A DNA stretch of 64,000 nucleotides, taken from positions 23,498,001-23,562,000 of the forward strand of contig OX597826.1 of assembly GCA_951406725.2 (NCBI GenBank), given 5' to 3'. Within the stretch, counting starts at the first letter, position 1. The number at the start of each line of letters is the position of its first letter. Positions 53,095 through 64,000 of the stretch are shown here, piece by piece. Below the pieces are notes generated by a model. The model was given only the letters and a program-made list of their open reading frames with translations, did no database searches and was not told where the DNA came from. Source of the stretch: Octopus vulgaris (lineage: Eukaryota). The translations under genes were made by a program, and so were the position numbers.

Positions 53095-53415
53095 CTCAAA
53101 GCATTTTCATAAGTTTGTCCTAAACGTCCATGCTTGTTTTAAAACTTAGTTGGCCCTTATTTCATATGCTCTTAGTAACATAAAGCTTTCCTTTCATAAA
53201 TCCCAAGTTACTCTAGTGGTTGATAAAAAAAATAAAATAAAATAAAACAGAAAAGACGCCAGGGAAATATGTCCTGCCTGTCCGAAGTATTTTGGTAAGT
53301 TTGACCTAAAATGTCCATGCTAGTTTTCACACTTTTAGTTCACCCTTGTTTCATATGTTCTTAGCAATAAAAAAAGCTTTTCTTTCACAAGTCCCAACTT
53401 ACTCTGGTGGTTGAG
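53095..53415. repeat. Diverged tandem duplication (period ~190 bp)
   Basis: TAAGTTTG.CCTAAA..GTCCATGCT..CCCTT.TTTCATATG.TCTTAG..TTACTCT.GTGGTTGA occurs twice. Confidence 0.7.
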
Positions 53416-54124
53416 AAAGATTTTGGGTAAGTGTATCATATATGATGCATGAATATCAGAGATATGTGTCTTGTGTATCATATGTAAGAGACAGGACAGG
53501 CAAAGGGTTGAGAAGTAACCTTTGCAACTACGTGGTTTCTTGTTTCCATCTACAACGTGGTCTCCAAAGCAAATATCTTTTGTTTTCTATAACACCGGGT
53601 CGACAAAAGCCTTGAGAGTGAATTTTAGTAGAAGGCAATCTGGTGAAAGTTCGTAGGAGTCATAACTGTTTTGGGGAAACAAACTTAATCCGTCACCCGG
53701 TTTAACACTACAGCTTGGTCCTTGGGTCTCTTCAGCAAGATTCCCCCTGTTGCAAACATTCAGGTCGGTCTCCTATTAGAAGATAATAACTTCTGCCTTT
53801 CCTTTCGCCAATCAACGAGGCCTTGAAAAGGGCCGTTAACGCTCCTCTTCCTTTTCTGACTAAGCAAGTGTAAAGGTAATTCCAGCCGTGAGCATCTCGT
53901 CTTTTTAGGGGATTTTATCTTTTATATTTAACTTGTTTTAGTCGGTATGGACTACGGCCATACCGGAGCACGACCTTGAAGGATTTCTTTGATCTTATCA
54001 TCCTACTGACTCCAGTAGTTACCTTTAAATCTAAACTTAAATCTATCCTTTACTTTTTGTTGTACAGCTTAGCTATGTGAGGTGCGTACAAACCAACACT
54101 AGTTGTTTGTCGGCGAGAGACAAA

Positions 54125-54450
54125 GGAGCACTCCGTTGGCAGCGACGACGAGGGTCACGGCTGATACGATCAACGGAACAGCTTGCTCGTGAAATTAACG
54201 TGCAAGTGGTTGAGCACTCCACAGGCACGTGTGCCCTTAACGTAGTTCTCGGTGAGATTCAGCGTGACACAGAGTGTGACAAAGCTGGCCCTTTGAAATA
54301 CAGGTACTACTAATTTTTGCCAGCTGAGTGGAATGGAGCAACATGAAATAAAGTGTCTTGCTCAAGACACAACGCGCCGCCGAGATGTGAACTCATGGCC
54401 TTACGATCATGAGCCGAATGCCCCTAACCACTAAGCCACGCGCCTTCACG
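54125..54450 (-). mobile_element. tRNA-derived SINE (third family)
   Basis: Minus head GGCGCGTGGCTTAGTGGTTAGG..GAGTTCACATC; body resembles 22736. Confidence 0.6.
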
Positions 54451-55300
54451 CGAGAGACAAATATAAACAGAAGGATGCACACATACATTTATGTGTTTGT
54501 GTGTGTGTTTGTGTGCGTGTGTACGCACACACACATACACATGTATATACATGACAAGCTTCTCTATAGTTTCCATCTCCAAATTTCACTCCTCAAGGCA
54601 TTAAGTTGGCCCGGGGCTAAAATCGAAGACATTTGTCCAAATTGTTGCGCAATGGGACTGAATCCAAAAGTACAAGGTCGCCAAGCGGACTTCTTAACCA
54701 CACATTTTATTAAATTATATCTTATCTCGCAGAATCCTAGAATTCTTTCTCAAGAAACTGAGTTTAAGAAACGCTAACGTAGATTTTCCTTCCGGTAGTT
54801 TAGTAGCTAGCTGAATAATTAGACATACACAAGCTTAATCAAACTCTCGTTCTACATCCGTGTATCTCAGTCTACTAAATACAGCAGCGAAATCTTGAAA
54901 AAGGATGGACTCATTACGTAATGTATTTCAAAATGCATTAAAAAGACGGTATGGTCACAATTGCAACCTTTCGCCCAAAGCTTCCGTGTAATCAGATCGG
55001 ACCTGTATGTATGCAGATGTTTGTTTGCTTAGAAGATGAGGCAGGGGGGGGAGAGTAAACGAAGAGTTTGTGTGCGTGTACGTGTGTGTGCATGCGCGCG
55101 TGTGCGTACAAAAACGAGATTAGATAGCGTGATAAATATTAACAGTAAAAAGTAGAAAATGTAGGATTTTGGGAGTCGGGGATGAAAGAGTCGAAATAAA
55201 GAATGGAATGGTTTGATAGAAAACAAAGGTGAAGGGAAGAACGAAAAAAGAAAGGACAAAAATAGAAACGGATAGGAAAGAGTAAAAGAAACTAAATATA

Positions 55301-55692
55301 GACGCAGGAGTGGTTGTGAGGTAAGTAACTTGCTTACCAACCACATGGTTCCGGGTTCATTCCCACTGCGTGGCACCTTGGGCAAGTGTCTTCTACAATA
55401 GCCTCGGGCCGACCAAAGCCTTGTAAGTGGATTTGGTAGACGGAAACTGAAAGAAGCCCGTCGTATATATGTATGTGTGTGTATATGTTTGTGTGTCTAT
55501 GTTTGTTCCTCCAACATCGCTTGAAAACCGATGGTGGCGTGTTTACGTCCCCGTCACTTAGCGGTCCGGCAAAAGAGGCCGATAGAATAAGTACTAGGCT
55601 TACAAAGAATAAGTCCTGAGGTCGATTTGCTCGACTAAAGGCGGTGCTCCAGCATGGCCACAGTCAAATGACTGAAACAAGTAAAAGAGAAA
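55301..55692 (+). mobile_element. SINE family A, full length
   Basis: Complete head, body and tail as at 20473. Confidence 0.9.
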
Positions 55693-56159
55693 AAGGGAAT
55701 AGGCGCAGGTATAGCTGTGTAGTGAACTAGCTCGCTTTGCAACCGCGTGGTTTCGGGTTCAATCCCACTGAGTAGCAATTTGAGCAAATGTTTTCTACGG
55801 TAGCCCTGGATCGACCAGTGCCTTGTGAGTGAATCTGGTTGGCGGAAAGTGTGTAGAAGCCCGTCATACAGATGTATGTATGTATGTATGTATGTATGTA
55901 TGTATGTATGTATGTATGTATGTATGTATAGTCAGGTCACTTTCGAGTGCTACTGGAAACATGTAACCCAGTACAAACTGTTGCATGGTCGGGTCTTCGG
56001 CGACTAAACCGGCAACCCCACCAAGCTTACTTGGTGAGGAGGGTATTTTTTGGACACCCTGCGGCATGAAAAACAAAACCTGTCAAAGGGCGGAAGAACT
56101 GTTGAGAGTCAACGGCCATCCAGTAAATGTGTAATTACATATTTTCTCCTTATATCAAT

Positions 56160-56220
<61 letters not shown>

Positions 56221-56768
56221 TTATATATATATATACTTATATACGCTTATATAAAATAGAGAAATTCTTGATCATCAACAAAATGACTGCCATCGATTGT
56301 TATTTTTAATACAAAAAACTTTATATATTCTTTTATTCTTTATTCTTCTAATTGCTTCAGTCATTTGACTGCAGCCATGCTGGAGCACTGCCTTTAGTCG
56401 AGCAAATCGACCTCAGGACTTATTCTTCGTAAGCCTAGTACTCATTCTATCGGCCTCTTTTGCTAGATAGATACGCTTCAGTGTGTGTACGCATACATAT
56501 ACAAACATACGGGGACGTAAACACACCAGCATTGGTTGTCAAACACGGACATACAAACACACACACACACACATCGAAAGCGTATATTGTTGTTAAATGC
56601 TCGAAACAACAGACTAGAAAAACAGCCGACAACTGATGAAGGGTCGTTCTTTATGTTGTTTGTTATGTTTTCTATTTCTGTCTTTCGTTGTTCGAAAGAA
56701 TAGTTCATGTACTTGTGCTTCGTATTTTTTGTTGTACACGTTTCGTGACACCCTGTGCCCCCATATGC

Positions 56769-56847
<79 letters not shown>

Positions 56848-56892
56848 CATATACATATATATATACATATATATATACATATACATATATAC

Positions 56893-56943
<51 letters not shown>

Positions 56944-57089
56944 TATATACACATATACAAATATATATACATATATATACATATATATATATATACATAT
57001 ATATATACATATATATACACACACATATATATACATATATATACATATATATATACATATACATATATATATATATACATATATCTCTC

Positions 57090-57502
57090 TTTACTCTTTT
57101 ACTCTTTTACATGTTTCAGTCATTTGACTGCGGCCATGCTGGAGCACCGCCTTTAGTCGAGCAAATCGACCCCGGGACTTATTCTTTGTAAGCCCAGTAC
57201 TTATTCTATCGGTCTCTTTTGCCAAACCGCTAAGTGACGGGGACGTAAGCACACCAGCATCGGTTGTCAAGCAATGCTAGGGGGACAAACACAGACACAC
57301 AAACATATACACACACACTTATATATATATACATATATACGACAGGCTTCTTTCAGTTTCCGTCTACCAAATCCACTCACAAGGCATTGGTCAGCCCGGG
57401 GCTATAGCAGAAGACACTTGCCCAAGATGCCACGCAGTGGACTGAACCCGGAACCATGTAGTTGGTTAGCAAGCTACTTACCACACAGCCACTCCTGCGC
57501 CT
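57090..57502 (-). mobile_element. SINE family A, full length
   Basis: Reverse complement of the 55301 copy. Confidence 0.9.
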
Positions 57503-57694
57503 GTATATATATATATACATATATATATATATACATATACATATATATATATACATATATACATACATATATATACATATACATATATATACATATACAT
57601 ATATATACATATACATATATACATATATATATACATATATATACATATACATATACATATACATATATATACATATACATATATATATATATAT

Positions 57695-58682
57695 TGTTAC
57701 GAACCTACCGTCGCTCAACTCGAACCCGGGACCCTACTAAGTCGAGCGACGACGATGACCACGCTCAGTCAAACGGAATCCGCCACAGAAAACGGTAGTG
57801 GATTGGCAGCGAACACAGACCAGTAACCGGACATAACAACAACAGGAAGAGAGAGAGACACAGCGGAAGGCAGTTGCTTACATTTAACAACAGTTTATAC
57901 AATTGTTACAACATCAAATAAAACGTGATACATATCAGATACATTAAAGAAAATACAGAATTAAAAAGAAAAACAACAATCAAAGGCATGCACAATACGC
58001 CAAGTCCGAAGACAATCAAAACATTAATGTTCAACGCAATACAGAGTTCGAAACAGTTCAAATTAAAGTCTTTCTCTTTCCTTCTTTCTTTGTTTTTTCA
58101 GTTGTTTTGACACAATAGATTAGTTTACGTCACAATGTTCTTTTCCTTTTTTTTTTGACACAACTCACAGTTCTTTTCTCTTTTCTTCCTTTTCCACAGT
58201 TCCTTTTTTTTTCTGACAATTCTTTTTACAGTCTCTTTTCTTTCAACGCACATCAACACCAAAATTCAACAACAAAAAACATAAACAAACATTACCGCGT
58301 GTTTTCTCGTTTACAAACTCCTACTACAAGCATTCTAGCCTTCTCACCGGATTCTCCCTCACCTCCTCAATCCTCTGTGTCTGTCTTTCTCGCCACGCCC
58401 GTCATCCTTGTCGTTGCCTCTCCCGACTAAACCTCTAGCCAACTGACTGTCTTAGGCAAAACTGACCAACTCAGGCCAACTCTCTCTCGCCAGCTGATCA
58501 ACAAACCACAGCTCGCCGAATTTTGAAGGGTGGCAGATTTATTTCTTTGTTAAAATTTGCTTGACCGGATAAGGGTCAGAGGTATCTTCCAACCTCATCC
58601 ATTTCCCAACAAATGACAGAACAAAGCCAAAATAACTTGTCTCCTTAGTCAACCTCGCACCAAACCACGAAACTAGGTCACA
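57695..58682 (-). mobile_element. Probable LTR of an LTR retrotransposon with adjacent polypurine tract
   Basis: Minus strand starts TGTGAC and ends GTAACA, preceded by GGAGAAAAAGTGC. Embedded in (TA)n. Confidence 0.6.
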
Positions 58683-58709
58683 GCACTTTTTCTCCGACTA
58701 ACCTCGTAT

Positions 58710-59590
<881 letters not shown>

Positions 59591-59688
59591 ACGGGAAGCT
59601 TTATGAAAATAGACAAAAGACGAAGGCAGGTGGAAAACAAACAAACAATTGTATTAGTATGGCGCTCAGGAAATATAAATAAAACAAG

Positions 59689-59726
59689 TCTTTAACGTTT
59701 CGAGCCTACGCTCTTCAACAGAAAGA
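59689..59726 (-). ncRNA. Minimal hammerhead variant (position-6 U) in the PLE terminus
   Basis: Minus: TCTTT CTGTTGA A GAGC-GTAG-GCTC GAAA CG TT AAAGA; palindromic AACGTT stem III. Confidence 0.6.
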
Positions 59727-59889
59727 TACACAGAGAGAAAAAAACACAGAAAGAAGGAGAGAAAAAAATGCGTGCAGTAACTAACGAACCAACATGGCGA
59801 TCTGATTTCGGCCAGAAGTCAAAGATCAAACATGAGACGCGAGAGCGAAATTAGGGGAGATAATAGGGTTGAGTGACCAGCTTCAACAT

Positions 59890-60240
59890 AAGGGTGTGTG
59901 TGTGTGTATGAGAGAGTATTAGTGCGTATGAGAGGTCTGGACGTGTGTATGTATAGGGTTGGTGTGTATTAGTATGTATTAGTATGTATAAGGGTGTGTG
60001 TGTGTGTGTGTGTATGAGAGAGTATAAGTGCGTATGAGGGGTCTGGACGTGTGTATGTATAGGGTTGGTGTATGTATTAGTATGTATTAGTATGTATTAG
60101 TACGTATTAGTATGTATAAGTGTGTGTGTGTGTGTATGAGAGAGTATTAGTGCGTATGAGAGGTCTGGACGTGTGTATGTATAGGGTTGGTGTATGTATT
60201 AGTATGTATTAGTATGTATTAGTTGGTGTATGTATTAGTA
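59890..60240. repeat. Three ~100-125-bp tandem units in the PLE 3' region
   Basis: GAGAGAGTATTAGTGCGTATGAGAGGTCTGGACGTGTGTATGTATAGGGTTGGTG repeated three times. Confidence 0.9.
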
Positions 60241-62205
60241 TGGCACATCATGTATGATGTGATGTGTAAAGTCGTGTGGTGTAGTGTGGAGAGAGGAGAT
60301 GAGGGGGTGGGGGGGGAGGGGAGGAGGAGGAAGGAGGAAAGAGGGAGAGGGGGAGAGAGAAGGGGAGTGAGGGAGCAGAGGGAAGGGGAAGAGGGAAGGA
60401 GGGAGGGAGAAAGAGGGAAGAAGGGAAGGGGAGTAGGGGTGAAAGGATGAAGGACTGAAGAAGTAGGGGTCGGGGGAAAGATAGGTGAGGAGGGGGAGAG
60501 GGGGGGTTAGATGAGGAGGGGGGAGAGTTGAGACCAAATGGCTTATAAGAGCGAAGAGAGAAGATTAATTCCTGTTCACGGCGCAAACGGGAATCCGGAT
60601 GGCCTCTGTGTAAGGACAAACCGAACACAGATAGGTGTTGCAAGGAGTGACCGGTGGAGCGGTAATGGCGAGAGACCGGTGTGCCGTTCGCAAGGTGGAT
60701 GTCACGAAGGTGTTCCGCGAACCGGTCAGCCAAGCGGCGTCCCGTTTGTCCGATGTACAAGGAATGGCGGAGAGAGAGCAAGAGACGCAATAGATAATAT
60801 TGCTGGAGGTGCAGGTGAAGGAGTGGATGATGGGATAGGGTCGATGATGGGTGCTAGTGAGGAGGGTGGTGTTGGAGAGGTAAGGGCAAGTGCGGCAACG
60901 TGGGCGGGAGCAGGGGAACGAGCCGGGTTGGGAGGTAGGGTCAGGGAAGGAGCTATGGACCAAAAGGTCTCGAAGGTTGTGGGCTCGTTTGAAAGAGGGG
61001 AGGGGTCGGTTAGGGAAGAGGTGTGAAGTGGACGGGTCGGACTGGAGATGACGGAAAGCTCGAAGAATGGTGCGTTGGAGAGGTAGGGTCGTGGGGTGGT
61101 AAGTGAGGGGAAAAGGGAGGCGGGAGACTACAGGGCGGGTACGGGGAGAGAGAGCAGATACACGGTCCACGGACCGTGCTCTGGCAAGGGCGGTGTGGAT
61201 AGTGGTGAGGGGGTATCCACGTAGGGTGAAGTAGTGAGCCATACGTTGAGACTGAGTCTCAAAGTCATGGTCGTCACTACAGAGCCTACGTAGACGGAGG
61301 AATTGGGAATAGGGGATGGAAAGCTTGGTGTGTTCTGGGTGGGAGGAAGAGAAGTTGAGGTATGAGTGTGAGTCTGTGTGTTTGTAGTGAATGGAGGTGG
61401 TAAGAGTGGAGTGAAGAATGCTAACCGAAATGTCGAGGAAGGAGACAGAGGTGTTGGAGATAGTGGAAGTGAAGTGGAGGGCTGGATGGAAAGATTGGAC
61501 GAAAGAGAGGAAGGAATCTAGATGTTCACGGGAGAGTGAGGTGGCACCGATAATGTCGTCAATGTAACGACCATATAGTTCAGGAGTGGGACCAGTGAAA
61601 TTAGAGAATATTTGGGCCTCAACATAGCCAACGAACAGGTTCGCATAGTTGGGGCCCATTCGCGTTCCCATGGCCACTCCCGAGACCTGATGGTAGAACT
61701 CGCCCGCGAACGAGAAGCAGTTCAGAGTAAGGACAAGTTCGGCCAGACGAATGAGTGTGGAGGTGTCAGGTACAGGGTTGGAGCGGAGGTCAAGAAAGTG
61801 TTGAAGGGCCTGCAGTCCTTCGTGGTGAGGGATAACAGTATAGAGGCTTTGGATGTCCATAGTAAAAAGGATTTTGGAGGAGCCGGGAGGAAAGGAGAAA
61901 GAGTTGAAAAGCCGGAGAGCATGGTTGGTATCGTGGATGTGGGAGGGAAGAGATGCCACTAGGGGGGCAAGGACACGGTCGAGGTATTTAGAGATGAGCT
62001 CCGTGGGGCAGTTACAAGCGGAGACGATGGGGCGGCCAGGGTTGTTGGGTTTGTGGATTTTGGGGAGGAAGTAAATGGCGGGGGTACGTGGGGTTCACAC
62101 AATTAGGTTGGATGCGGTGTGGGGGAGACGGGAGGACGAGATGAGGTCGCGGACAGCAGAGGATACCATCAGTTGGTAGATACGTGTGGGGTTAGAGGGC
62201 AGAGG

Positions 62206-62282
62206 GATACATACATGTATATATACATACATACATGTATATATACATACATACATGTATATATACATACATACATGTATAT

Positions 62283-62313
<31 letters not shown>

Positions 62314-62328
62314 CATACATATATATAC

Positions 62329-62359
<31 letters not shown>

Positions 62360-62522
62360 CATACATGTACATACATATATATACATACATATACATACAT
62401 ATATATACATATACATACATATATATACATACATATACATACATGTACATACATATATATACATACATATACATACATATATATATATATACACATACAT
62501 ATACATACATATATATATATAT

Positions 62523-62569
<47 letters not shown>

Positions 62570-62670
62570 CATATATATATATATACATACATACACATAT
62601 ATATACACATATATACATAAACATATATACATACACATTTATACATACACACATATATATATATATATAC

Positions 62671-62709
<39 letters not shown>

Positions 62710-62778
62710 CATATATATATACATACATATACATACATACATATATATACATATCTATATATATATATATACATACAT

Positions 62779-62811
<33 letters not shown>

Positions 62812-62818
62812 CACATAC

Positions 62819-62869
<51 letters not shown>

Positions 62870-62873
62870 CATA

Positions 62874-62914
<41 letters not shown>

Positions 62915-62921
62915 AAATACA

Positions 62922-62959
<38 letters not shown>

Positions 62960-63072
62960 AATACATATATATATATATATATATAAATACATATATATAT
63001 ATACATACATACATATATATACATACATACATATATATACATACATACATATATATACATACATACATATAC

Positions 63073-63145
<73 letters not shown>

Positions 63146-63162
63146 CATATATATATATATAT

Positions 63163-63195
<33 letters not shown>

Positions 63196-63241
63196 TATAC
63201 ATACATACATATATATACATACATACATATATATATACATA

Positions 63242-63295
<54 letters not shown>

Positions 63296-63300
63296 CATAC

Positions 63301-63353
<53 letters not shown>

Positions 63354-63528
63354 CATACATATATATATATACATATATATACATACATACATACATATAT
63401 ATATATATACATACTTACATATATATACATACATATATATGCATACATATATATACATACATATACATACATACATACATATATATATATACATACTTAC
63501 ATATATATACATACATATATATGCATAC

Positions 63529-63593
<65 letters not shown>

Positions 63594-63633
63594 CATACAT
63601 ATATATATATACATACATATATACACATACATA

Positions 63634-63715
<82 letters not shown>

Positions 63716-63745
63716 CATACATATATACATAATATATATACATAC

Positions 63746-63778
<33 letters not shown>

Positions 63779-63842
63779 CATATATATAATACATACATAC
63801 ATACATATATATATACATACATACATATATACATACATACAT

Positions 63843-63877
<35 letters not shown>

Positions 63878-63878
63878 C

Positions 63879-63935
<57 letters not shown>

Positions 63936-64000
63936 CATACATACATACATATATATATATATACATACATACATATATATACATACATACATATATATAT
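62206..64000. repeat. (TA)/(TACA) microsatellite mosaic to the window end
   Basis: Low complexity; all ORFs here are Y/I/M/C repeats. Confidence 0.95.

Noticed and set aside
56633-56700. CTGATGA...GAAA (similar strings at 4270, 43724, 46313)
   Set aside because: No consistent three-stem fold could be built by eye.
62095-62097. In-frame TGA in the PLE RT as possible selenocysteine
   Set aside because: The sister copy has Arg here (NLIVRTPRT), so CGA>TGA CpG decay is simpler. It is not a Cys position and no SECIS was seen.
62169-63992. Long ORFs of 300-600 aa (also 32732-34369, 38182-39570, 58678-59644)
   Set aside because: Translations of TA/TACA microsatellites that lack stops by composition; not genes.

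Overview
Eukaryotic, extremely repeat-rich DNA with no recognisable host protein-coding gene. The SINE families, the (TA)/(TACA) microsatellite load and the element mix look like an octopus/cephalopod genome (inference). Nearly all ORF-track entries are translated microsatellites. The real content is nested transposons. Retroelements: four Penelope-like elements (PLEs; RT + GIY-YIG), a near full-length R4/Dong-type RLE retrotransposon sitting in (TAA)n, CR1-group and Tx1/L1-type LINE fragments, a lone LTR, and several tRNA-derived SINE families. DNA elements: Tc1/mariner elements, non-autonomous Helitrons and foldback MITEs carrying (TTAGGG)n. Three features stand out. (i) An ~8.8-kb inverted duplication of one PLE (31.77-40.55 kb) has a type I hammerhead ribozyme motif at each outer end. 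(ii) At least nine minimal hammerhead motifs are readable by eye. They include an A3:U8 covariant core, a family with position-6 substitutions, and a 338-bp hairpin carrying a canonical hammerhead on each strand. (iii) Two separate LINE/SINE pairs share 3' tails, one with a compensatory hairpin. All calls are by eye; no ribozyme activity was tested.
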